In this document: one piece after another, positions 10,155 to 19,937 of the stretch
Layout of the letters: each line of letters starts with the position of its first letter
How positions within the stretch are numbered: position 1 is the stretch's first letter
Origin: Candidatus Bathyarchaeota archaeon
GTDB lineage: Archaea > Thermoproteota > Bathyarchaeia > Bathyarchaeales > Bathyarchaeaceae
NCBI GenBank assembly: GCA_004376295.1
Contig: SOJZ01000017.1
Coordinates: 14,863 to 78,862, forward strand
DNA length: 64,000 bases
Direction: 5' to 3'
Translations under genes and position numbers: made by a program
The notes under the pieces: generated by a model
Told to the model about the DNA's origin: nothing
The model's input: the letters and a program-made list of their open reading frames with translations, nothing else
The model's database searches: none

Positions 10155-10619
10155 TTAGTATCTTCTCCGCTGGTAACCCCGTCTTTCACCGTACCCTCTT
10201 CTTTCACCATATCTGGGTCGGTCGCGTCTCTCTTGCTCGTATCGTTTGTCCGATAGATTGTTTTCTGTGTTGACTTTTGTGATGGGAGATTTTTCTAGGA
10301 TTTCGAAACTGCCGTATCTTCCTATGTTTAAACGCATGTTTCCGCGGAAAAGGTTGACGTAGCCGTTTGTGATCTGCAGTGTGGCTTCATCGTTTACTTT
10401 GTCTATCTTGTCATCCCAAAGCGTTAGGTATACGCATCCTGTCTCGTCTCCAACAAGAGCATCCTGAACTCTGCGTGTAGTGTAGTCTCTTGCTGATGTG
10501 ACGTTTCTAATTTCACTTTTGGAGACGACTTTCACGACCGTGTTTACTTCTCTTGAGCTGGGGGTTAGTTTTTCTATCTTTACTTGTTCTTTACTTTCGG
10601 ATGGTTTTTCATCTGACAT
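10155..10619 (-). CDS. OB-fold single-stranded DNA-binding protein with a basic Arg/Gly/Tyr-rich tail
   Basis: VYLTLWDDKIDKV...ITNGYVNLFRGNMRLNIGRYG matches the single-OB crenarchaeal/hSSB1-type pattern. C-terminal tail is RRDRPRYGERRGYGERRGYQRRRY. Confidence 0.65.
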   Translation of the reverse strand: MSDEKPSESKEQVKIEKLTPSSREVNTVVKVVSKSEIRNVTSARDYTTRRVQDALVGDETGCVYLTLWDDKIDKVNDEATLQITNGYVNLFRGNMRLNIGRYGSFEILEKSPITKVNTENNLSDKRYEQERRDRPRYGERRGYGERRGYQRRRY

Positions 10620-10899
10620 GTCTTTTACACTCGCTTCGATTCAATGGTCATTGAACATTCTGGTTCTTAAGCGTTGTGGTGATGCGAACGGTGTATCGCT
10701 TCTAGTTTAAACTTCTCTCCACCTAGCTTTAAGTGGAGTCAAGACGACAAACACAACAGTTGTCACAATGAGAACCAGCTAACAAATAATCATCATTTCC
10801 GGTTGCAGAGTCATCAAGCTTGGATAAGCTCGGATCTAGCTAGACAAGAACTTTTATTTTCTCGCTATCAAATTAGGTAGCATACTTGGGGCAACGTGT

Positions 10900-12324
10900 A
10901 TGAAAGTTCTTTTCGTGGAACCGCCGAAGGATTACTGGTTTGTCATGGGAGAATATCTTCCGCCACCATATGGAATCCTTCAACTCGCAGCGTATCTCGA
11001 AAGCAAAAACAAAAACGTGGAAATAGAAGTATTGGACTGCCAAGCTAAAGGTTTAGATTGGAAAGCACTGGAAAAACATGTGGAAGCTTCTGCCCCCGAT
11101 GTTGTTGCCTCAAGCGCACTTGCCACTTGCAATACCTACGTTGCCGTTCGAACCTTAGAAACAGCTAAGAAAGTGAATCCTAACGTCCTGACAGTTGCTG
11201 GAGGCCAACACTTCACAATGATGGCCCAGGAAAGCTTAGAAACCTACTCTGAGATTGACGTAATTGTCCGCGGAGAAGGAGAACTAACACTTGTGGAATT
11301 AGTCAAAGCATTTGCTGAGAAAAAATCTTTTGCGAGAACAAAGGGCATTTCTTTTCGGCACGATGGCAAAATCAAACATAATCCTTCGCGCCCCTTGATT
11401 GAGAACTTAGACGACCTGCCATATCCCGGATATCACTTCGTAGAGGATGTGGTTCACAAATACCATTTCACCGCAATGGCGGGTCCTAAAACCAAGTATG
11501 CCCTAATCGAGGGATCAAGAGGCTGCCCACACCGCTGTACGTTTTGCACTCAATGGAAGCATTGGGAAGGCATGTGGAGAACCAAATCGCCGAAACGAAT
11601 CGCAGACGAGTTTGAGTTTTGCTACGAAAAATATGGAAGTAAATTCATCTGGCTGACCGACGACAACTTCGGATTGGGCAAACGTGCAAGCGACTTAGCT
11701 GATGAAATCATCAAACGAGGATTTTCGGACGATATAATGTGGTTTACGCAGGTGAGATGTGACGATGTCGTGAAGCACCGTGACCTCTTACCCAAGATGC
11801 GAAAATCGGGCCTCCGCTGGACGCTTCTAGGAGTAGAAAGCGCTAGTCAGTCGACGCTTGAAGCTTTTAAAAAAGGGATAAGACCAGAAGACGCTAAAAC
11901 AGCTGTGAAATTGTTACATGAGAACGACATATTCGCTCACGCGATGTTGATTATCGGAGAACGCAAGGATACAGCGGAGTCAATAGCACGTTTGAGAGAG
12001 TTTATGAACGATATAGATCCCGCTTTTGCGATTTTTGCGATCCTCACACCGTTTCCTGGAACCGAAGTTTTCGAAGAAGCGAAGCGAAACGGCTGGATCG
12101 AGGATTTTAATTGGGCTCATTATGACATGGTTCACGCTATTATGCCCACGGAGACGTTGTCAAGAGAGGAAGTGCAGGAAGAACTTTACAATTGCTATCG
12201 TAGCTTCTTCGGCTCTTGGGGTAGGAGATTGAAGGGTCTTTTCTCAACGAACGAGATAAAGAGGAGGGTCTTCTGGTATATGGCCACAAAAGGTATTTTG
12301 AAGCAGCTAAGAAGTTTGTTTTGA
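10900..12324 (+). CDS. B12-binding-domain radical SAM protein
   Basis: N-terminal Rossmann-like B12 domain. GSRGCPHRCTFCTQ (CxxxCxxC). 474 aa, typical of class B radical SAM enzymes. Confidence 0.85.
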   Translation: MKVLFVEPPKDYWFVMGEYLPPPYGILQLAAYLESKNKNVEIEVLDCQAKGLDWKALEKHVEASAPDVVASSALATCNTYVAVRTLETAKKVNPNVLTVAGGQHFTMMAQESLETYSEIDVIVRGEGELTLVELVKAFAEKKSFARTKGISFRHDGKIKHNPSRPLIENLDDLPYPGYHFVEDVVHKYHFTAMAGPKTKYALIEGSRGCPHRCTFCTQWKHWEGMWRTKSPKRIADEFEFCYEKYGSKFIWLTDDNFGLGKRASDLADEIIKRGFSDDIMWFTQVRCDDVVKHRDLLPKMRKSGLRWTLLGVESASQSTLEAFKKGIRPEDAKTAVKLLHENDIFAHAMLIIGERKDTAESIARLREFMNDIDPAFAIFAILTPFPGTEVFEEAKRNGWIEDFNWAHYDMVHAIMPTETLSREEVQEELYNCYRSFFGSWGRRLKGLFSTNEIKRRVFWYMATKGILKQLRSLF

Positions 12325-12327
12325 GTC

Positions 12328-13083
12328 GTGATTCTGTTGTCCCAGATGCTATATCGCAATTCTGTTTTGCTGTTTATGATCGGCGTGTGTTTTTTCGGGT
12401 TGTTCCTCGTAGGAACGCTCGCTTTGAATCCACCGATGGTGAGGGAGGGCTTTCTTTGGCGCAAACCGTTGGTCGGTTCTTTGTTCTGGTTGATCTGCGT
12501 CTTTGGAATTATGGCAGTTTTCTTCCCGAAACAGTGTTCAGCAGTGTTTGATTTTAGGAAAAAAGAGAAGCATAGTCGCCTTGATGTAAACATGTTTGCT
12601 TTTCATGGAACACACTCCATAGTGCAGGGGCATCACCCTGATTGTGAAAACTTTTCTGCTCACGTATTACGAATAAAGGGCCGAAGGTTTTGTGCGGCGT
12701 GTACTGGGTTACTTCTAGGAGGACTAATTTCTCTTGTCGGCGCCTTTCTGTATTTTTTCATCGGTTGGAGTCTTGGAGAGAGCAGCCTTCAGGCGGTTTT
12801 TGTGGGACTTGTAGGAGTTAGTTTTGGCTTGTTTCAGTTCAAAGTCAAAAGAAGTGTTGTCCGTCTGGTTTTAAACAGCTTTTTCGTTTTAGGTGCTCTT
12901 CTACTCCTAGTTGGGATTGATGAACTGGCCCAAAGCGTGTTTGCTGATTTGTTTCTAGTAATTTTGGTTGTTTTTTGGCTTTTCACTCGGATATCGCTTT
13001 CACAGTGGAATAACTGGAGGATTTGCCACACTTGTAATGTGGAGTCCTGCGAATTTCGCATATCAGGCAGAATAAGAGGTTGA
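12328..13083 (+). CDS. Polytopic membrane protein, DUF2085-like
   Basis: Multiple hydrophobic helices and RFCAACTGLLLGG, resembling the CxRCxG signature of DUF2085. Starts 4 nt after the radical SAM stop. Confidence 0.55.
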   Translation: MILLSQMLYRNSVLLFMIGVCFFGLFLVGTLALNPPMVREGFLWRKPLVGSLFWLICVFGIMAVFFPKQCSAVFDFRKKEKHSRLDVNMFAFHGTHSIVQGHHPDCENFSAHVLRIKGRRFCAACTGLLLGGLISLVGAFLYFFIGWSLGESSLQAVFVGLVGVSFGLFQFKVKRSVVRLVLNSFFVLGALLLLVGIDELAQSVFADLFLVILVVFWLFTRISLSQWNNWRICHTCNVESCEFRISGRIRG

Positions 13084-13087
13084 ACTA

Positions 13088-13405
13088 CTATCTGCGGCTT
13101 AGTCCGTAGAGAGCGCCAACAAGGATTAATATTCCGAAGATTATTGCTGCGAATGGACCAATTTCCAGGGTTCGAGGGAGCACTTCCACTTGTTGCAAAA
13201 GCCATATGAACCCCCAAAGAATGATTATTACGCCGATGGCCAAGCCTACAACTGTGCCACCTCTGGGAATTCCGAAACACTCTTCTTCCCGCTTGCGTTT
13301 GTATCTCCGAGAAGGATAGGCTCCAGTCTCTAGATTTGCCCCACACTGCGCGCAATATTTGGCATCTTCTTCATTTTTGGTCCCACATTTAGGACAAACA
13401 ACCAT
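13088..13405 (-). CDS. Zinc-ribbon membrane protein
   Basis: MVVCPKCGTKNEEDAKYCAQCGANL (two CxxC pairs) followed by two hydrophobic helices. Confidence 0.65.
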   Translation of the reverse strand: MVVCPKCGTKNEEDAKYCAQCGANLETGAYPSRRYKRKREEECFGIPRGGTVVGLAIGVIIILWGFIWLLQQVEVLPRTLEIGPFAAIIFGILILVGALYGLSRR

Positions 13406-13480
13406 TAAACTCTCTCCTACATCAAATTACTTTTCATTTGCGTTAAATCTCTTTAAGACTTTCGGTATAGTCCAAAAGTC

Positions 13481-13603
13481 TTATTCCCACCAGTCAACAT
13501 GTTCTCGCTTTCTTCTGGCGGGCTCGCTGACTGGAGTCCCGCATTTAGAACAGAATTTTGCGTCTTCTTTTAGTTCGGCTCCACACTTTCTACAATAAGG
13601 CAA
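13481..13603 (-). CDS. Possible 40-aa zinc-ribbon peptide
   Basis: Own translation: (TTG)PYCRKCGAELKEDAKFCSKCGTPVSEPARRKREHVDWWE. Paralogous to the N-terminus of the neighbouring gene. Start codon uncertain and the ORF is below the track size cutoff. Confidence 0.35.
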   Translation of the reverse strand: MPYCRKCGAELKEDAKFCSKCGTPVSEPARRKREHVDWWE

Positions 13604-14253
13604 TTTTACACCTCTGAAAAAGGAGTATTCATTAAGAGAGATATAAAAGCTATTCCAAGGTTCCTCTGTACTAAAGAAAATGCAAACTGTTCAAATGTCT
13701 GAGGTTTTCATTAGCCTTTTGATTTTGGTCAAGACCAGCTCATTTTACATATTTGTAATAACGATTTACCTTTCATAATTCTTATCACAACCTCTCTGAG
13801 TATACGCTCTGGGATGAAAGATGAATCATAAAGAGATGCTTTTAGAGGAAGTCTTTGAAAAGGTCGGGGACAAAATGGGCAAGCAAGCCGTTGCTGAGAA
13901 AGTGGGGCAATTCCTAAAGTTTGGGAATGTATTCCTATTGTTTGAAGTCGTGAGCTTAAGAGGAGAAATAGAAAAGCTAAGAGAAGAGATGCAAGATTCA
14001 AAGGTTGACGATTTACTTTCTCACCCGATAAAAACACGAAACTATACAAACCTCAAAGAAAAACCACTAATAAAATAGAACGCTACTGCTTACCTTCCAC
14101 GCTAGACAGAGTGTATTGTGCACACATACTTGTGAAGACAGACCATGAGACAAAACGGTTCTGGAACGTTTGAAGAAGGCAGAAAAACTCGCCAAAATAG
14201 CCGGATAAGTGAAGACTGAGTTCAGGCATCACGTAACAAAAAGGCTTGAATAG

Positions 14254-14973
14254 CTAATCGCCAACTTTTTTGATGTTTAGCCCCCAATCATAGGGCAAAA
14301 AATCCACTTTCATTTCCGAATGATTTGCTTTTACAAAGTCTCTGTCTTCTTTTCTAAGATATTTTTCAACAAAAGATAAGACGCTTTCAGACGTTTTCTC
14401 AAAGTCTTTTTCGTACCACTTGAATATAGCTGACAAGTATATGGTCTTGTTTTCTTTGTCAAGTCTCAATCCTTGGGGGCTTCTGATAAACGCCCTAGCT
14501 GCGTTATCTAGTTCATGATCGAGGGTTTTTCTAGCGTATAGGCTGTTTCTTAAAGCGGGGCAACTCTGTGAGGCACAGCTCATGGCAAAATGAACCCTAG
14601 GATCAGAAGCACTTCGCAGTATTTTTTCGATTTGGGAAAAGTTGTATTTTTTCCCTCCGATTTTGTATTTAGTTTTATAGAAAAATGTGAGCCTTTGAAA
14701 TCTGCCTCGATTACCTGTGTCTGCATATTTTGAATCTTTTCTCAATCTAATTATCACGCTATAAATGATCAGCATGTTATGGGCATTGATCCAGAACGCG
14801 ATCTTTTCGTTGACAGCCTCTAGGCTTTTTCTATCAAACGTTTCAAGCCAATCCGCGAACTCCTCTACGGTTTTATCGGCTTCCAAAGATGAATAATCCA
14901 CGTTTCCTTCAGAACCCACGTAGCTGGACAGAGCAGAATTCAAGCGGCTTTCCAAGACGGATGCCTTGACCAA
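14254..14973 (-). CDS. DUF547-family protein
   Basis: AFWINAHNMLII, SCASQSCPAL and DWGLN are as I recall for DUF547. Confidence 0.65.
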   Translation of the reverse strand: MVKASVLESRLNSALSSYVGSEGNVDYSSLEADKTVEEFADWLETFDRKSLEAVNEKIAFWINAHNMLIIYSVIIRLRKDSKYADTGNRGRFQRLTFFYKTKYKIGGKKYNFSQIEKILRSASDPRVHFAMSCASQSCPALRNSLYARKTLDHELDNAARAFIRSPQGLRLDKENKTIYLSAIFKWYEKDFEKTSESVLSFVEKYLRKEDRDFVKANHSEMKVDFLPYDWGLNIKKVGD

Positions 14974-15479
14974 CCATGTTTCCCTCCTGTCGCAACTGAG
15001 CGTATTTTATGCTTAAATCTTTACTGTTTCGGGATAGGGCAGATGAAACTACGTTCAGTTTTTTCAAAATTTACCTTTCAACCATCAGCATCTACAAGAG
15101 TTCGTAGTTTTAGCAGAGATGCTGGAAAAAAGACCATTTAACTAGTCGCAATGATTTGTTCTAATCTTGCGTTCCATGGATCTTCTTAGAAGTCTCAAAC
15201 GTCGATGGTTTTGGTTGCCCAAGACATCACCCTTTTTCAAGGATGACAAAGTCTTTACAAAACAGTTATGAAGAGAGAATATAGATTCAAAATCCAGTGA
15301 CAATTTTTAGATCGAGAATTTCACATAAGACCATCTATTAAATTGTGACAGAGTATGTTTGAATATCGGTTTAAATTGTCGGAGGTACGCGCGCATGTAT
15401 AGACCAAGACTAGTTTTGAGTAACTTTATTAGTGAAAAAGTAGAGTTTAAAAGGGGATTCACGGAGAGTTTGTATCGAC

Positions 15480-16601
15480 TTGGTTTTGAAGCATGGGCAT
15501 AAGAATCAATTCGAGGGGTCTGTTTTTCGCCTTGTTATTGTTAGAAGTCTCGTTCTCTGCTTCTTGATTTTATCTGTTTTCTTGCCCTACGTGAAAGTCA
15601 CGTATTACGGTGAACGAATACACGAGCACGTTTTCTGGTACACTAGTCTATGGCGTGAATTAGAAACTGATGCTGGTTCACAATATCACTCAGCCCAGTG
15701 GAACATAGAATGGTACGCGATGCCTATGTTCGCCTTTCCTTTTGTTCTTATGTATTTTGGGTTGAAAAAGAGATATACCTTTGATCTAGGCGTTATCGTG
15801 TATGCCCTATTCTTAGGTTGGATGACTTTGCCGCCGTTGATTTCTCCCATGAGCATGGGAGCGGGTTGGGATTTAATAGAGTCTGAGGCGCTAATTGGTG
15901 CTTACCTAGCTACGATTGTGCTAGTTGTATACGGCGTTACTCGTCTTTTTCTTCGAGGAGCAACGGGCGGTCTGGAGGCAGATCGTATTCCACCGCCTGA
16001 AAGTGTAGAGCAACCAGACGTTGTGAAAAGGAGGTTCATTCTGGTTCTAGCTTTGCTATCGTTCGTTTTACCGTTTGCTGTGGAATATAAAATCTTCCAT
16101 GATCCCGAATACGAAACAGTCTTGTCTACGGTGTACTATTGGTTTGGTAGGATGGTCGAGTTTGACACGGCTTCGGGTGGTCTTCGGTCTCCTTTTCCTC
16201 TTCCTTTCTCTCTCCTCTTTTTACCGATAGTTTATCTGCCATTAATAATGATGTGGCTTGGCATGAAACGCACTCGGATGTTTACTAATGGTGTTAGATT
16301 GTTTACGATTTACTGGGTTTGGCATCTTCTTTTCTTCCTCCAACCATTTTATGTAACTAGGCCTCGGCATGAACATATCATTGCGCCGACTGTGGGGATA
16401 GTCTTCTTTCCAACAATACTCCTAATTTACACACTCTCCTTCCTTTTCAAGAGCCCGCGCATAAACAGATTTCTATTAGAATCAGGGTTGAAGGGCGCGA
16501 AAGGAACACCTAAAACATTCCTTAAAAAATGCCCAAAATGCGGCAGAGAAATCCCAATAGCCTCGGAAGAATGCCAATACTGTAAAACAAAACAATCGTG
16601 A
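15480..16601 (+). CDS. Polytopic membrane protein with a C-terminal zinc ribbon
   Basis: About 10 hydrophobic segments. C-terminus is CPKCGREIPIASEECQYCK. No family recognised. Confidence 0.55.
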   Translation: MVLKHGHKNQFEGSVFRLVIVRSLVLCFLILSVFLPYVKVTYYGERIHEHVFWYTSLWRELETDAGSQYHSAQWNIEWYAMPMFAFPFVLMYFGLKKRYTFDLGVIVYALFLGWMTLPPLISPMSMGAGWDLIESEALIGAYLATIVLVVYGVTRLFLRGATGGLEADRIPPPESVEQPDVVKRRFILVLALLSFVLPFAVEYKIFHDPEYETVLSTVYYWFGRMVEFDTASGGLRSPFPLPFSLLFLPIVYLPLIMMWLGMKRTRMFTNGVRLFTIYWVWHLLFFLQPFYVTRPRHEHIIAPTVGIVFFPTILLIYTLSFLFKSPRINRFLLESGLKGAKGTPKTFLKKCPKCGREIPIASEECQYCKTKQS

Positions 16602-16701
16602 TCTTATGAAACTATGAGATAAAGTCTGTTTCAACAATTACTTCAAGTCCAACCAGCGCGAATCACACTTATTGTGGATGAACGCGCTCATCTCTTCCGC
16701 A

Positions 16702-16804
16702 TGGTGGACGGGACGGGATTTGAACCCGTGACCTCGGCGAATCTGTCACCAAGCGACCTCGGCGATGCCAACGCCGCGATCATTCCAAGCTGATCTACCC
16801 GCCC
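16702..16804 (-). tRNA. tRNA-Ala (anticodon GGC) with a 25-nt intervening sequence; CCA encoded
   Basis: Reverse complement folds as GGGCGGG/CCCGTCC acceptor with G3:U70, D arm GATC..GATC, anticodon arm CGGCG-TTGGCAT-CGCCG, and T arm ACGGG-TTCAAAT-CCCGT. The extra 25 nt is bounded by an 11-nt direct repeat, TCGCCGAGGTC. Confidence 0.85.
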
Positions 16805-16927
16805 AAAACCATACGATAAAAACCTGAACTATTAAGCATTATGCACCTTGACACAACCAGGGTAACCCATGTCACACGCACACAAAAACTAAAACATAAA
16901 CAAACCAAGACTCTGAAGCCAAAAGAA

Positions 16928-16969
16928 GGCCGATAGTCTAACACGGTTAGGACATCCGTTTGACGTGCA
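16928..16969 (+). pseudogene. Degenerate copy of the 5' half of tRNA-Val(GAC)
   Basis: GGCCGATAGTCTAACACGGTTAGGACATCCGTTTGACGTGCA versus positions 2-43 of the intact gene at 21822: 42 nt with 4 mismatches. The anticodon stem no longer pairs and there is no 3' half. Confidence 0.7.
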
Positions 16970-17749
16970 TCCTAATATGTGCATTCTTGATGTTGTTAAC
17001 GTTGATTGCAATGGTTTCAGAGAATATGCATTCAGAGTGAATATCTTGACTATACTCTTCTAAAATGAGACTTGTTTAAAGCCATTAAGAACTACAGAAA
17101 TCCTTAAAGAAACATTAGTCTAGAAAATTTCCAGTTTAAAAATGGTGCGGCGTTTAGAGGTGAAGAGTGAGAGGAAGTCACCAGCTAACAGTAAGTCCGA
17201 TATCCGCACCAATGCAATGGTGTCTTCATGTAGATATAAAACACTGATGGAGTAATGTTCCATAGAGCAATGCGCCACAGAACTTTTAAAATCACACCAA
17301 AATATGTTCATACAATGCATGTTCATCAATGCGATGTGGAAAAAGAAAATTCGAGAGAGATTTTGAAGACAATAGGCTACGTAATCTCGCTGAACAAAAG
17401 TTATTTCAAAGTAAAAGACCTGACAAATATGTTGGCAATAAAGCCTAATGGTCGACACAAATTGTCACATTCTTTGAAACCCTAGTTAATCAAAAACTGA
17501 TAGAGATATACCATAAGAACAGTCGCAACCTTTACTACATTCCAGTTCGGAAGAAGCTACTAAATGCATATTATGAATCTCTTTGGAACCACGCTCCAAA
17601 TCATGTATTGCAGTGCACGGGTTAATTGCTGAAGTCCAACTTCCTTCAACACCCACTGAGAAAACAGAGTAATATGGCTGGGGTAATAGCGATGACGCTC
17701 CTACTATTCTTTTGCAATTTAGTTTTATAAGGAAGAAAAACATTATCCA

Positions 17750-18283
17750 TTGAAGATGTTCAGCTTTTCGTTTATGCATGCCAATAAGGCATTGATTCTT
17801 GGAGTAGCCTTACTGATAACAGGCTTGGGCATCATATGCGTTCTGTTGCTGTTCCCCCAAGTCGAAACAGTAAGTAAGACAGAAAATGATATGACAACAA
17901 GAAATTCCTATTTTTCTCCCTCATTTCGTGCAGAAGATGGATACTGGCTGGATTTGGACATACCCTCAACTGGTAATAGTACCTTGTATGTTCGAGGGCA
18001 CACTCAAGGAGAGATATTTCAAGTTTCAGGAACCACTTTTGAGTACAAGGTGTCAATTACAGCTGAAGATATATATCGAATAGAAGTTGCCAATAACGAC
18101 GAGGGACATTGGAACCCGTTGCAAGGATGGATTGATCCAATTGAAATTAACATCACCGGCAGTTTTTGCCTACAGATGAAACCAACATATTATTATCTGT
18201 TGATGTCATTTGGTGCAATCATGCTCGCAGTCGGACTATTGGTATCCATGCATATGGAGCATAAGGCAAGACAGAAAGCATAG
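17750..18283 (+). CDS. Membrane-anchored hypothetical protein
   Basis: N-terminal and C-terminal hydrophobic helices flank a beta-rich ectodomain. No family recognised. Confidence 0.45.
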   Translation: MKMFSFSFMHANKALILGVALLITGLGIICVLLLFPQVETVSKTENDMTTRNSYFSPSFRAEDGYWLDLDIPSTGNSTLYVRGHTQGEIFQVSGTTFEYKVSITAEDIYRIEVANNDEGHWNPLQGWIDPIEINITGSFCLQMKPTYYYLLMSFGAIMLAVGLLVSMHMEHKARQKA

Positions 18284-18366
18284 AATACAAACACCAACAT
18301 TGTGGTGCACTTCAGGAGTTCCATTTTGCAATACTTATATTATGGTCTGTAGAGCATATTGCTGAG

Positions 18367-19242
18367 TTGAAAATGAGCCGAAAGACTGTTCTAGTGGTGC
18401 ATCTGCTGTCCTTGATGTTATTGTCTGGAATAACCTTGTCTTTTACGGCTTTTGCTTCAGGTGTTGAGGAAGAGAGAAAGGTAGGCGTTGAGGTAGGTGA
18501 CTGGGGCATTTACGGCAACATCAACGCCACCTGGAGCTCTAATGACCCAAGTTTTACACCCGATGCAAATCTTATTCTTGCTAATAATACCGTATGGTTC
18601 AAACACGTTGTCACTGATGTAATAAGTACCGTCATCTATTTCAGGAATGTAACTCACTTTCGAGATGACACGGAATCGACTAATAATGCTTGGATTGATG
18701 TAGAAGTAGGACAAGGTAACGGAACACTAATGTTTGTTTCAGCAGGGCTAAATGCAGGCGACCCGTTGTATGAGGGAACCGCTGAGCCTGTGTTCATTAA
18801 CAAAACACTGTCTCGCACTTATGCAGGTGTGGAAAGGGAAGTCAATCACCTAAACTTGACAACTACTCATCGCATAGATACTGACGTACCTCAAAATATC
18901 CAGATATCACTTGACTACTACTGGGACAAGATCACAGGTATCCTAACAGAACGTCAAGGCTCATATGTTAACCAAACTGGAAACTATTTGACTTCATGGT
19001 ACAGATCCGATGTGCTCGTTGAAACAAGTCTCTGGTCTTCCGGTACGACTCCACCAGTAGACAATGCCGGTGAAAGTTTTCCTTTCTGGTTACTAGGCGT
19101 GGCTCTGATTGCAGTTCTTGGTGTATTAGTTTTGTATAGAAGACAGAGGACCAAGCGCAAGGTCAGAAAGCATCGTCGGCCTCGCATGCATGCATGCAAG
19201 GAATTACAAAGTGGATATCTTAAGCATATTCTCCTAAATTGA
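18367..19242 (+). CDS. Secreted, C-terminally anchored surface protein
   Basis: Signal-peptide-like N-terminus, several N-x-S/T sequons, and a C-terminal TM helix followed by the basic tail YRRQRTKRKVRKHRRP. Confidence 0.5.
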   Translation: MKMSRKTVLVVHLLSLMLLSGITLSFTAFASGVEEERKVGVEVGDWGIYGNINATWSSNDPSFTPDANLILANNTVWFKHVVTDVISTVIYFRNVTHFRDDTESTNNAWIDVEVGQGNGTLMFVSAGLNAGDPLYEGTAEPVFINKTLSRTYAGVEREVNHLNLTTTHRIDTDVPQNIQISLDYYWDKITGILTERQGSYVNQTGNYLTSWYRSDVLVETSLWSSGTTPPVDNAGESFPFWLLGVALIAVLGVLVLYRRQRTKRKVRKHRRPRMHACKELQSGYLKHILLN

Positions 19243-19397
19243 GAAAAGGGGACTTCAATTCTACAATTTAACATGGTTAGAAAGAAGAATTATCAGTGTT
19301 TGGTGTTTACTTCATCTTGCTTGATATTTATATTCAATGAAAGACAGTTTTTTTTGAATTGAATAGAGCTGTAGTTCACCTAGTTGGATAACTTTAT

Positions 19398-19817
19398 ATG
19401 TTTTCTAGTAATAATCCTTATCAGATATTTTTGTACCTAGATGATGGTTACTTGGACAAAATTAGGGTATACGTAAATAGTATAGTGCCTTCAACCCGTG
19501 ACTATGTGGATATGGAAAGCATATGTCATCCCTGCTCACAGGCAGGAGAGAGAGCCCTTGAAGGTTTACAAGATCTTCCAGCCAGGTCAAGTGGTTTCCT
19601 TTCTGATGAGGAGGTAAAGGCTGTAGATTTGGTGGAGCAGTTTTCAGCAGAGAACGGATTCGAGTCTGAAATAATTGATTTAGCAAACAAGGGATTGATA
19701 ACAAAGATGAAGTTTCATCTAAAAGGATGGAAGACTCCCGTAATCACTTTCAAGGGAGAGACCATAAAAGGACTCCCTACAAAGGAAGAACTTGAGGCAC
19801 TGCTCCAAAAATTCTAG
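19398..19817 (+). CDS. Possible thioredoxin-fold protein (CHPC motif)
   Basis: A CxxC motif (ICHPCSQ) and a glutaredoxin-like C-terminal beta-alpha segment (TPVITFKGETIKGLPTKEELEALL). Weak. Confidence 0.4.
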   Translation: MFSSNNPYQIFLYLDDGYLDKIRVYVNSIVPSTRDYVDMESICHPCSQAGERALEGLQDLPARSSGFLSDEEVKAVDLVEQFSAENGFESEIIDLANKGLITKMKFHLKGWKTPVITFKGETIKGLPTKEELEALLQKF

Positions 19818-19937
19818 TCACGGAATGTTCCACTTTCAACTTCTACTAAAGATTTAAGAAAGAAACTTCTATTCCAGATGAAGATTCTGGCACAAGTCAT
19901 AAAAGCTAAAGTAGAAGACACAACAAGTTGATGTTGT

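Noticed and set aside
12195-13355. Minus-strand ORFs 12195-12593 and 12834-13355 opposite the DUF2085-like membrane gene.
   Set aside because: They overlap a plus-strand gene with coherent TM topology and a family motif. Their sequences are Arg/Ser/Pro-rich shadows.
13729-14078. Overlapping ORFs 13729-14049 (minus) and 13821-14078 (plus).
   Set aside because: The plus-strand 85-aa product has a plausible charged, helical composition, but there are no motifs and the two ORFs are mutually exclusive. Support is not enough to call either.
17120-17779. Three track ORFs (17120-17458, 17255-17485, 17486-17779) in the AT-rich DNA right of the tRNA-Val half-copy.
   Set aside because: They overlap one another, are rich in Phe/Ile/Cys/His from AT-rich sequence, and have no motifs. 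I treat the region as non-coding.
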